A stretch of DNA of 58,677 nucleotides from an uncultured Bacillota bacterium (GTDB taxonomy: Bacteria; Bacillota; Clostridia; Caldicoprobacterales; UBA3941), in the NCBI GenBank assembly GCA_938003915.1, contig CALKWV010000050.1, positions 1 through 58,677 of the forward strand, written 5' to 3'. The first letter of the stretch is position 1; each line of letters opens with the position of its first letter. Below the pieces are notes generated by a model, which worked only from the letters and a program-made list of their open reading frames with translations, was not told where the DNA came from and ran no database searches. Made by a program: the position numbers and the translations under genes. Shown piece after piece: positions 10,025 to 18,307 of this stretch.

Positions 10025-10081
10025 AAAACAAAATAGGCTATATGATTTCACGCTTCTCGCGGATAATCATATAGCCTATTT
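10025..10081 (-). terminator. Terminator of the tRNA-Gln/tRNA-Glu transcript
   Basis: aataggctatatgatt/aatcatatagcctatt stem followed by UUGUUUUG on the minus strand. Confidence 0.6.
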
Positions 10082-10086
10082 AATAC

Positions 10087-10161
10087 TGGCACCCCCAAGG
10101 GGATTCGAACCCCTGTTGCCGCCGTGAGAGGGCGGAGTCTTAACCACTTGACCATGGGGGC
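10087..10161 (-). tRNA. tRNA-Glu (anticodon CUC), CCA encoded
   Basis: Hand-folded cloverleaf: acceptor GCCCCCA/UGGGGGU, anticodon stem CCGCC/GGCGG, loop CUCUCAC, T-loop UUCGAAU. Confidence 0.9.
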
Positions 10162-10166
10162 TAATA

Positions 10167-10240
10167 TGGCTGCGGAACTAGGATTCGAACCTAGACACTA
10201 TGAGTCAGAGTCATATGTGCTACCGTTACACCATTCCGCA
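10167..10240 (-). tRNA. tRNA-Gln (anticodon CUG), CCA encoded
   Basis: Acceptor UGCGGAA/UUCCGCA with U1-A72, typical of bacterial tRNA-Gln. Anticodon loop CUCUGAC. Confidence 0.9.
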
Positions 10241-10264
10241 ATATAATTTGTACCAGCGTTTTAT

Positions 10265-10292
10265 ATTATATCATATGATCAATAATTGTCAA
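10265..10292 (-). promoter_or_regulatory. SigmaA-like promoter for the tRNA pair
   Basis: Minus strand TTGACA (10287-10292), 16-nt spacer, TATAAT (10265-10270). Confidence 0.5.
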
Positions 10293-10320
10293 TAAAAAAT
10301 TTTTTAAGCTAGGTCATTAT

Positions 10321-10551
10321 AATAGCAACCCCCCACATTACGCGGGGGCTTGCTATTCCCATAATGCCGTTCTCTACTATTATTAGACCCGCCTCCTGGC
10401 AGGTGGGTGCCCTATTGCCCAATTCTGCCTTCCCCGCTAGGGGCATGACATCCTATGGGCAAACCCGAGCTCCCAATGTCATACTGTGGGTTAATAACAA
10501 TAGATTAACGAACATTACAGGATTATCAGCTAAATTTCTCATCTTACTGTA
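10321..10551 (-). ncRNA. Unassigned structured sRNA with a 6S-like rod architecture
   Basis: It has its own promoter and a 3' GC-rich hairpin (10321-10357). Arms 10488-10521 and 10358-10390 form a closing helix of about 31 bp (with G-U pairs and bulges). The GC-rich interior has a large internal loop and complementary UUGCCCA/UGGGCAA segments. It is a GC island in AT-rich DNA, and the only ORF over it has no SD. Confidence 0.5.
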
Positions 10552-10556
10552 CCTAT

Positions 10557-10585
10557 ATAATAATATAACTTTAGCACTTTTTCAA
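10557..10585 (-). promoter_or_regulatory. SigmaA-like promoter of the sRNA
   Basis: Minus strand TTGAAA (10580-10585), 17-nt spacer, TATTAT (10557-10562). Confidence 0.45.
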
Positions 10586-10701
10586 TAGATAATAATATCC
10601 ATATTCATTACTTTCTCGCCTTCAAGCCAACTATTTATGGATTATATGAGTTTTCCTCGTTTTACATAGTCAAATTAAATTTTTTTATGTTAATCTAAAG
10701 C

Positions 10702-10953
10702 TCAGGTAATAGGAGAAACAGATTGGTACTCAATACGATTGCAAAATTCGCAATAGTAAAGATGGACACATAAATGATCGCCTATCAATAACTTTTTGTT
10801 ATCCATACTAAAACTTTCCTTGTCCATATATGGATAATAGGGATCCATATAGTCTTCCATCTTCCCAATTTCATCCATCTGTTTCCCGCAGTTTGTACAT
10901 GCCTTATTGAGATGAGAAAGACCGTTACAAATAGGACAGACTTGGTAAACCAT
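10702..10953 (-). CDS. Small Cys-rich protein (N-terminal CPxC..CxxC zinc-ribbon plus C..CxxC)
   Basis: 83 aa with 7 Cys. Its start is 1 nt after the stop of the upstream small ORF, suggesting translational coupling. Confidence 0.5.
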   Translation of the reverse strand: MVYQVCPICNGLSHLNKACTNCGKQMDEIGKMEDYMDPYYPYMDKESFSMDNKKLLIGDHLCVHLYYCEFCNRIEYQSVSPIT

Positions 10954-10954
10954 T

Positions 10955-11152
10955 TTAAGTCTGATCTATCCCTGTCAGTACTTCGTCAAATATCTCACAT
11001 GCCCCATCATTCCAATGCAGACATATATCACATGAATCTTCCCTCATTCCCGTAGCACTATTTACAAAGCCTTCATATGCGGGACTATATTCTGGACATA
11101 CGGCAGCCACGTAACGCTTTTGTTCAAAGCTAGGAGCTTCTCTCCTTTTCAT
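10955..11152 (-). CDS. Small Cys-rich protein (C..CxxC..C)
   Basis: 65 aa with 4 Cys. SD AAAGGATGGA. It lies 68 nt downstream of the activase gene on the same strand. Confidence 0.45.
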   Translation of the reverse strand: MKRREAPSFEQKRYVAAVCPEYSPAYEGFVNSATGMREDSCDICLHWNDGACEIFDEVLTGIDQT

Positions 11153-11220
11153 AATAATCCATCCTTTCAGTAAAAGAAATTCTATCTTGACTTTATTATC
11201 TCACCCTTGATTTCTTATAT

Positions 11221-12216
11221 TCATGCTAAGGAACGAAGTTCTGATTTCTCTTCAATTTTCATTGCCCATTTACCGCATCTGTCTCCCCATCTTGCTAAGG
11301 TTTTATCATCTGCTTTAAATTCCACTATCTCACAGCTATTTGGACAATCTTGGCATTCAAAAGTTCTGGCTTTAAAATCTTGCTTCATATTTTCTATACC
11401 TCTAAAAGAAGTACTACCTTTTCTTTCTACCTCTTTTTGAGCTAAAATAGCCACACCAATAGCTCCCATTACATCATAATGTTCAGGCACCATTACCTCA
11501 TATCCCAATGCTTCTTCAAAAGCAGCTCGTATACCTTGATTGGCTGCTACTCCTCCTTGAAATACTATATTGGGGAGAATTTCCTTACCTTTTCCCACAT
11601 TGCTAAGATAGTTTCTTACCAATGCCTCACATAATCCCCTAATTATATCCTCTGGCGGACATCCCATTTGTTGTTTATGAACCATATCTGATTCTGCAAA
11701 AACAGCACATCTACCTGCTATTCTTACAGGGGATTTGGATCTTAAAGCCATTTCCCCAAATTCTTCTATAGGTATATTAAGGCGAGCTGCCTGGCGGTCT
11801 AAAAAAGAGCCGGTACCTGCAGCACATACTGTATTCATAGCAAAATCCGATACAACACCGTTGCGTATTATAATTATCTTGGAATCCTGCCCTCCTATCT
11901 CTATTACAGTCCTAACATCAGGATAAAAAGTAAGTACTGCTACCCCATGAGCGGTGATTTCATTTTTTATCACGTCTGCACCCACCATAACGGCTGCCAA
12001 ATCTCGTCCACTCCCAGTAACACCTACACCACTTATCTTTATATTTTCTCCATTTCTTAAGGATAAGTCTTCCATAGCCTTTTTTAATATTGGTATAGGT
12101 TTACCTTCAGTGCGGACATACAGCTTGTCTACAATTTTTTGACGTTCATTCATAAGTACTAGATTTATACTAACTGAACCAACATCAATTCCAAGATAAT
12201 ACTTTTCCAAACTCAT
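11221..12216 (-). CDS. BcrAD/BadFG (HgdC-type) ATP-dependent enzyme activase with a C-terminal Cys-rich extension
   Basis: ASKHA fold start YLGIDVGS. Cluster-bridging Cys motifs CAAGTGSF and RCAVFAESD. The extra tail reads FECQDCPNSCEIVEF…WGDRCGKW. Confidence 0.85.
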   Translation of the reverse strand: MSLEKYYLGIDVGSVSINLVLMNERQKIVDKLYVRTEGKPIPILKKAMEDLSLRNGENIKISGVGVTGSGRDLAAVMVGADVIKNEITAHGVAVLTFYPDVRTVIEIGGQDSKIIIIRNGVVSDFAMNTVCAAGTGSFLDRQAARLNIPIEEFGEMALRSKSPVRIAGRCAVFAESDMVHKQQMGCPPEDIIRGLCEALVRNYLSNVGKGKEILPNIVFQGGVAANQGIRAAFEEALGYEVMVPEHYDVMGAIGVAILAQKEVERKGSTSFRGIENMKQDFKARTFECQDCPNSCEIVEFKADDKTLARWGDRCGKWAMKIEEKSELRSLA

Positions 12217-13300
12217 TTTCCTTTCTACTCCTTTCCAGATGCAAGAGATCTACAAAAGCTTCTAATCTAGTTTGGTAGCCTGCTTCACCTGTTAATTCAT
12301 CCACTACTAAAGTCATGATTGGAATATTCTCATCCTTTGCTATGGTGGGAAGTATGCTTTCTGCTACAATCTCTGGCATACAACCAAAGGGCAAGAGCTG
12401 TATAATGCCATCCATTCCTTGCCGAGAATAGTTTAGGGTATGAGCCACAGTTTCCCAGGCATGGCCTCCAATACATAAACCTAAATAATCCTTTGCCTCC
12501 TCTAAAATTCGCTTTTGTCTTCTCCTAAACTTTATGTCAGGAGATAAATGGAATTTTACCCAACCATCTACCGACATTTCTCGGTGGACTTCTACACCCA
12601 TATTCCCTAGTCTTTTCTCAATTTCAAGATTTACATAAGGCTCTATAATAGTATATATCTCTCCAACAATCCCCACTTTTATAGGTCTTTTCTTATTATC
12701 CACCGCAATATTTTCCAACTCTTCTTTAGTTTCATAGATGCAATCTAAAATCGCTTGTGCACCCTTGACCTTTCTAATTTTCTCTTCGAACCTATTAAAA
12801 ATTCTGTCAGTATCACCTTTGTGTACTTCTCTGCAGCGTTGTCTTAATACTAGTTGAAGAAGTTTTTCAGTTTCTTCACATACTTTAAAAGCTTTATTTA
12901 TTGCCCTTAACCCTTTATAAAGGGAACTGTTTCCGGATATCTTTTTTACTCTTTCCCAAAACTCTTTAATTCCTTCCCTGGGAGGATCCAGTATTACTAT
13001 TTCTACATCATATCCAAGATCCCGGAGTATCTCTTTTTGTACAACTCCATAATATCCAAATCTACAGGGACCACAGCTACCTGACAAGACTATAGTGTCT
13101 GCACCTCTCTTTATACTTTCCACATAATTGCCTATATTAATCTTTAAAGGTAAACATGCCATCTCTGGACAGGTTTTAAGCCCAATCTCTAAAGTCTTTT
13201 TACTTATCTTGGGAGGAATAACAATATCTACATCTAATTCATCAAAAAGAGCTTTTACCGGAATATACATCTTGCCCATGTGAGGAAAAGTTATAACCAC
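12185..13300 (-). CDS. Acyl-CoA dehydratase activase-related / 2-hydroxyacyl-CoA dehydratase-like subunit (paralog B)
   Basis: GTG start 6 nt after GGAGGG. Motifs EMACLPLKINIG, GSCGPCRFG, LLPFGCMPE, VVDELTGEAGYQTRLEAFVDLL. Confidence 0.75.
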   Translation of the reverse strand: MVITFPHMGKMYIPVKALFDELDVDIVIPPKISKKTLEIGLKTCPEMACLPLKINIGNYVESIKRGADTIVLSGSCGPCRFGYYGVVQKEILRDLGYDVEIVILDPPREGIKEFWERVKKISGNSSLYKGLRAINKAFKVCEETEKLLQLVLRQRCREVHKGDTDRIFNRFEEKIRKVKGAQAILDCIYETKEELENIAVDNKKRPIKVGIVGEIYTIIEPYVNLEIEKRLGNMGVEVHREMSVDGWVKFHLSPDIKFRRRQKRILEEAKDYLGLCIGGHAWETVAHTLNYSRQGMDGIIQLLPFGCMPEIVAESILPTIAKDENIPIMTLVVDELTGEAGYQTRLEAFVDLLHLERSRKENEFGKVLSWN

Positions 13301-14270
13301 TCTTATCCCTCCATTCCAGCATATCTAAGAAAGCTTCCAGTCTGGTATCGAATCCCGCTTGTCCGCTATGTTCGTCTACAGTAAACACAGCATAAGGAAG
13401 TTTAAGCTTTCGTGCATTGAACCTTTGTATCAACTCTTCTATAAAGGAGTCTATTCCGCATGCAAAACTAGATAAAAATATAATACCATCTACCTCATTA
13501 CCTTTTAACCATTCCATGCCACTTCCCAATAGTTTCTTACCATAACTCCAAAATAATCTTTTGGGCATAGCTTTTAAGTTGTCCTCTATTTTTTTCTGAG
13601 AGACATTTCCTACTACTCTAACATCATAGCCTTTGTTACGTATTTTTCTCACTATATCCATAGATATATATCTGTCACATACTAAATAGGAGTGAGCTAT
13701 TATTCCTATAACACCTTTGCAGCTGTCCAGCTTATCCCATTTTTCCTTTGGATGAAGAATAGCCAAGGGATTTTGCCCAGATTCCAGCATAACTTCATAT
13801 ATGTATTGTCTGCTAATAGCCTCTTTATATGCTTTTTCTATAGATCTGCTGCTTAATCCCAGCTGCCTGCCAAGATCATAAAATGCGTTTTTCTTATCCT
13901 CGGTATCTTTATGTAGGTTGTAGTTAAATATTAATAAGGGTGGAAGATTTTTAATGGAATTTTTGATCATTTCAGGTAAACCGATAAATTTTGGGCAAAT
14001 AAATTCCCCTGGAGAAACGCTGATCAATCTTGGCACAAAGATTGCATCAACTTTACCTACTAAGTCTGCCACATGGCCATGAAATATTTTTACTGGTAAA
14101 CAAGCGTCATCTACGCATAAAGACACTCCTTTGTTCAATATATCCTTGGTGGTGGGTGAAGATATAGTAATCTTAAATCCTAAATGATTAAAGAATGTCT
14201 GCCACATGGGAAAATAATCAAAATACGATAGTGCCCTTGGAATTCCAATATTCAATTCCTTCCCTCCCAT
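13242..14270 (-). CDS. Acyl-CoA dehydratase activase-related / dehydratase-like subunit (paralog A)
   Basis: Motifs DDACLPVKIFHG, LSSFACGIDS, TVDEHSGQAGFDTRLEAFLDML, which parallel those of the downstream paralog. Its 3' end overlaps the next gene by 59 nt. Confidence 0.75.
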   Translation of the reverse strand: MGGKELNIGIPRALSYFDYFPMWQTFFNHLGFKITISSPTTKDILNKGVSLCVDDACLPVKIFHGHVADLVGKVDAIFVPRLISVSPGEFICPKFIGLPEMIKNSIKNLPPLLIFNYNLHKDTEDKKNAFYDLGRQLGLSSRSIEKAYKEAISRQYIYEVMLESGQNPLAILHPKEKWDKLDSCKGVIGIIAHSYLVCDRYISMDIVRKIRNKGYDVRVVGNVSQKKIEDNLKAMPKRLFWSYGKKLLGSGMEWLKGNEVDGIIFLSSFACGIDSFIEELIQRFNARKLKLPYAVFTVDEHSGQAGFDTRLEAFLDMLEWRDKSGYNFSSHGQDVYSGKSSF

Positions 14271-14530
14271 TAGTTTTAATTTGCATCAATCTTTTCTATT
14301 ATTGACATACAAGAGGATTATTATAACATCTTGTAGCTTGTGACTTGATTTAGAAGGGAATATTAATAGGAGAAAAATATCACCTACAACCACTGAAATA
14401 GATAACTAAAAGTATTGATACTTTGAATAAATTAGTATATACTTAAAATAGTGGAATATATTACATAATGAATTGTATAAATATTCTATTATTTTATTCC
14501 ACGTAAATATTAAAATGGAGGGCTGATTTT

Positions 14531-14758
14531 ATGAAAACCGTAAATATTAAATTGTCCCTTGCTGAAAATGTAAAGGAGTTTGTCAACATCGTTAGTAAAT
14601 ACCCCTATGAAATTGACCTCCGTTCCGGTCGTCATGTAGTGGATGCAAAGTCTATACTAGGTATTTTTAGCCTTGATCTTAGCAAGCCTATCATTGTTGA
14701 AATTTACTCTGATGATTGTGATGACCTACTAGAGGAGATCAAAAAATTTATGATTTAA
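14531..14758 (+). CDS. HPr-family (PTS phosphocarrier-like) protein lacking the His15 site
   Basis: 75 aa. VDAKSILGIFSLDL matches the HPr Ser46 region (KSIMGVMSLG). No GIHARPA-type His motif is present at the N-terminus. Confidence 0.65.
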   Translation: MKTVNIKLSLAENVKEFVNIVSKYPYEIDLRSGRHVVDAKSILGIFSLDLSKPIIVEIYSDDCDDLLEEIKKFMI

Positions 14759-14763
14759 TAGCA

Positions 14764-14792
14764 AAAACCCTCGAAATTCGAGGGTTTTTTAT
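14764..14792 (+). terminator. Rho-independent terminator
   Basis: aaaccctcg-aaat-tcgagggttttttat. Confidence 0.8.
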
Positions 14793-14802
14793 GATTAAGG
14801 AT

Positions 14803-15369
14803 TTAATTGCTTTGCAATAGACCTGTTCTTTTTAATATTGGCAAAACATATAGAGAGCTTATAGATGCAATAACTGCCGAAAGTAAATCTGTAGGTATGA
14901 AAGGTATTAGTCCTACTCCTATTACAGCCGATATTGACATTGATTTGTGCAAATAAAAATTCATAATTATATATAAATGGGTCAAACCACATATATATAC
15001 CCCAACTAATCCCATTAAAACTGCACCAAATACTTTATGTAGTTTTAACTCCTTCATCTTTTCAGTGGCTTTACCTATTATATAAGAACATAGGGCAAAT
15101 CCCACAAGATAGCCGAAGGTAGGCTGCAATACATAAGCTGGTCCTCCTCCGTTTGTAAATATTGGAATACCAATTAAACCTACTGCCAAGTACAATAGCT
15201 GTGAATACAATCCACGTTTGGCACCTAATAACAAGCCTGAATAGGCACAAAATAAGACCTGCAGTGTGATAGGAACATAGGGAATAGGAATCTTAATAAA
15301 TGCTCCTATTGCTGTCAGTGCTGCAAACAAGGCTATTAAAATCATGTCTTTTACTTTTAGATTTCCCAT
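14803..15369 (-). CDS. bioY: Biotin transporter BioY
   Basis: Typical BioY sequence (…TLQVLFCAYSGLLLGAKRG…GGGPAYVLQPTFGYLVGF…). ATG at 15369 is preferred over the upstream extension. Confidence 0.85.
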   Translation of the reverse strand: MGNLKVKDMILIALFAALTAIGAFIKIPIPYVPITLQVLFCAYSGLLLGAKRGLYSQLLYLAVGLIGIPIFTNGGGPAYVLQPTFGYLVGFALCSYIIGKATEKMKELKLHKVFGAVLMGLVGVYICGLTHLYIIMNFYLHKSMSISAVIGVGLIPFIPTDLLSAVIASISSLYVLPILKRTGLLQSN

Positions 15370-15429
15370 AAAACCGTACCCCTTCTTGCCTAATTTTTTA
15401 TGGGGATATTCTATCAAACTAATTTGTAA

Positions 15430-15461
15430 TTGTCAACCATGTGAGGTTAGTAGGTTGACAA
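15430..15461. promoter_or_regulatory. BirA operator
   Basis: Perfect inverted repeat TTGTCAACC-N14-GGTTGACAA immediately upstream of bioY. It matches the Firmicute BirA site architecture (TGTnAACC-N14-GGTTnACA). Confidence 0.7.
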
Positions 15462-15533
15462 CTCAATTAGAATTATACTTTTCTCTATAGGGTTAAGAAC
15501 AAAGAAGCTAACCTAAGAAACTACCTAAAAGCT

Positions 15534-16769
15534 TTATATACTTGCATTATACCCTGCCACATAACCTGATGACCATGCCCATTGAAGATTGAATCCACCA
15601 CACTGTCCGTCTATATCAATAATTTCACCCGCAAAATAGACTCCTTTAATAATTTTTGATTCCATAGTATTCGGATCAATTTCTTTAGTATTGACTCCGC
15701 CTGCCGTTACTTGTGCACTGGTCCAACCCTTTGTTCCCCTTATCTTAAATCTCCAGTCAGTCAAAATATTAGCGATGCTTCTTCGCTGTTCCTTTGAAAG
15801 AGTTTGAACAGGTGCTTTAAGATTCGTAATTCCCGCTTCTTTTAATAATACAGGTATAAGCCTTTTATTAATAAGCCCTACCAAACTAAACTCTACTGTT
15901 TTTTCTGCAGCCTTTTTAAACCGCTGCTCTATTAGATCATTAACTTCCTGATTCGACATGGTATCCAGTATGCTTATCTTTAGAACTGGACTCTGCCCCT
16001 TCAGCAATAGCTCTCCAGCTTTTCGACTTATTTGCAATATGGGAGGTCCTGATACCCCGTAATTTGCAAAGAGAATGTCTCCCCTATCTTTAGCCACAGA
16101 TCTATTGTTTACTAAAATTTCTGCGGTACCAACAAACTTTACTCCTTGGATCTGCTTAAAAAAGGAGCCCTCTAGCATAATTTGTACAAGACCAGGAAAA
16201 ATATCAACTATGGAATGTCCCAGCTGCCGTGCAAGATCATAGCCGTTTCCATCAGATCCGCTGGATGGCATTGCTTTCCCGCCTGTGGCAATAATTATCC
16301 TGTCCCCTTGGATAGAAGATCCATCTTCAAGCTTAAGCTGAAACCTATTATTTCCTTTAACAATAATATTTTTTACATAGGTATTACATAAAACCTTAAC
16401 CTTTCTTTTCTCCATCTCATATCGAAGTACATCTAGCACGCTTGAAGCCTGATCTGACATAGGAAAAACCTTACCCATATCTTCAACTTTATGTGCGATT
16501 CCTAGCTCCTCAAAAAATTCAATGGTACGATATACATCAAACTGTGCTAAAGCACTATAAACAAATTTAGGATTATTGCCATTATAATAGCTAACATCTG
16601 TATTGATATTGGTAAAGTTACACCTTCCATTTCCTGTAGCTAATATTTTCTTCCCAACCCTGGGATTTCTCTCTAGTATTGTAACGTCTGCACCTTGTCT
16701 ACTTGCAGTTATAGCAGCCATCATTCCCGAAGCTCCGCCGCCAATTACAATTACCCTTATCTTCCTCAA
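15534..16769 (-). CDS. NAD(P)/FAD-dependent oxidoreductase, HI0933/BaiN family
   Basis: TTG start 6 nt after GGAGGAG gives MRKIRVIVIGGGASGMMAA (Rossmann GxGxxG). The C-terminus reads …GGVNTKEI…FAGEIIDIDGQCGGFNLQWAWSSG. Confidence 0.8.
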   Translation of the reverse strand: MRKIRVIVIGGGASGMMAAITASRQGADVTILERNPRVGKKILATGNGRCNFTNINTDVSYYNGNNPKFVYSALAQFDVYRTIEFFEELGIAHKVEDMGKVFPMSDQASSVLDVLRYEMEKRKVKVLCNTYVKNIIVKGNNRFQLKLEDGSSIQGDRIIIATGGKAMPSSGSDGNGYDLARQLGHSIVDIFPGLVQIMLEGSFFKQIQGVKFVGTAEILVNNRSVAKDRGDILFANYGVSGPPILQISRKAGELLLKGQSPVLKISILDTMSNQEVNDLIEQRFKKAAEKTVEFSLVGLINKRLIPVLLKEAGITNLKAPVQTLSKEQRRSIANILTDWRFKIRGTKGWTSAQVTAGGVNTKEIDPNTMESKIIKGVYFAGEIIDIDGQCGGFNLQWAWSSGYVAGYNASI

Positions 16770-16855
16770 TATAAGCTCCTCCAAAATCAAAAATGCTATT
16801 ATATGATTATACCACAATCATATAATAGCATTTAGAAAACTTTATGCAAAGCATA

Positions 16856-18016
16856 TTATTCATAAGCTTGTATAAGCTTATCCCCTATTCTATCCTTATC
16901 TAAATATTCTTCTAGTTCTTTAGGAAAGGAAATAGTATTTGGGTCCCCATCGCTAATATATCTTTCTTCTGGATGTTTATCAAAATACTCCAACCAATCA
17001 TACAATCCAGTGTTTTCAGTTTCCATTTCACTAGCTCTTATCCTAGGTATTCTGGCCATGTTGGTATCAACATGGTATGAAGGCCGTGCTGGATTAGAGC
17101 CTACTAAAAGTATAGCCTTATTATGATATTGAGTTCCTTCAAAACTGCCCTTTATAACATAATTGTACAATTCTTCATCTTTCGGACTTGCCCCATAGGG
17201 TAAAGCTAGGCTATCTACCTCATAGCCAGGTAAAATCTCTTGTGTTGCTTTTACATTTTTCCCTAAAGCCTCCTGAATAAATTGTGCATCTCTACTCTCT
17301 TTTGTATTAAAATCCATCCTTAGGTTTTCATGGTTATAGCAATGATTAGCTATTTCCATCCCTTTTTCTACTAGATATTGGTATTTGTCAGCAACCCATT
17401 GTTCCTGTCTAAAAGGTGTAGGATAAAATACATAAAAAGTAGCATTTAGGCCAAAATCAGGATGCTTTTTATTAAACTCTTCTAAAATCCCAACAGCACA
17501 GTTTGGATCTATTCTAAATTCTCCATCTTCATCTAATATATTAAATTGACCTCTTGTTCCATCATCAAAGGTAATTACAACAGGAGTGGTTCCTGGTGGA
17601 GTATTAATATTACCTTCTATATAATCCTTCATACTTATTGTGCGATAACCTTTATCATATAGGGTCTGCAAATCCTTACGGAAATTTTCTGGCGTTCGAA
17701 CCCAAACATCTTCCGGCTCACCTATATCATGATACATCAATATCATGATTTTACCCAATTCATTGACTTTAAGTGCTTTTAGATCTACTGAAGGATTCTC
17801 TTCTTCTATAGAAGCTTCTTCTTCAGCTTCATTTTCTTGTCCGTCTAGTTTTTCATCTTCCTTTTCTTCATTTGACACATTATCTTGATGCTCTTGTTGG
17901 TTGTCTTCCTTTTCTACAAATGCATTATTATCATTTTTAACATTAGCACAAGCAGTAATAAACATTAGAACCAAAATTACCATTAGGGTAACGAATTTTC
18001 TTTTGTTTTTTACCAT
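16856..18016 (-). CDS. Polysaccharide deacetylase (NodB) family lipoprotein
   Basis: Lipobox ITAC, an acidic linker, then NodB motifs VVITFDDG and ANHCYNH. Confidence 0.8.
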   Translation of the reverse strand: MVKNKRKFVTLMVILVLMFITACANVKNDNNAFVEKEDNQQEHQDNVSNEEKEDEKLDGQENEAEEEASIEEENPSVDLKALKVNELGKIMILMYHDIGEPEDVWVRTPENFRKDLQTLYDKGYRTISMKDYIEGNINTPPGTTPVVITFDDGTRGQFNILDEDGEFRIDPNCAVGILEEFNKKHPDFGLNATFYVFYPTPFRQEQWVADKYQYLVEKGMEIANHCYNHENLRMDFNTKESRDAQFIQEALGKNVKATQEILPGYEVDSLALPYGASPKDEELYNYVIKGSFEGTQYHNKAILLVGSNPARPSYHVDTNMARIPRIRASEMETENTGLYDWLEYFDKHPEERYISDGDPNTISFPKELEEYLDKDRIGDKLIQAYE

Positions 18017-18307
18017 ATTTAACCTCTTCCATTTTATGTATTAGTATAAATTAAAGATTGCATATATAGCATATATACTATCTAATCCTATCATAACAGA
18101 TAATATCATAAAAAACTATATATAAAAATTTCCTTTCTGTTAGTAGGGTATTTTTTATTGATTTACCAATAAATCCACAGTATTATTTTTTTATTTTCTA
18201 CACACATTAATAGTACAAAACAATGATACTTTATTAATAATAATATTGAGTATTGTTGTTTTGTTTCAAATATATTTCATAATTATACTTTGAAAGGAGA
18301 TTGTAAA

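Noticed and set aside
10364-10588. 74-aa plus-strand ORF over the GC-rich island.
   Set aside because: It has no SD and a Pro/Ala/Gly-rich composition that simply reflects the GC-rich RNA helices. The region is better explained as a minus-strand structured RNA with its own promoter and terminator.
13242-13300. The 59-nt overlap between the two dehydratase-like paralogs as a possible frameshift or fusion site.
   Set aside because: The downstream gene has its own strong SD (GGAGGG) and a GTG start, and the conserved C-terminal TRLEAFLDML motif of the upstream protein is complete before the overlap. Two separate genes is the simplest reading.
18200-18307. Possible forespore (sigmaG/sigmaF) promoter upstream of the SASP gene.
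   Set aside because: A CATAATTA-like -10 is present, but I could not place a convincing -35 at the correct spacing. This is too weak to report as a feature.
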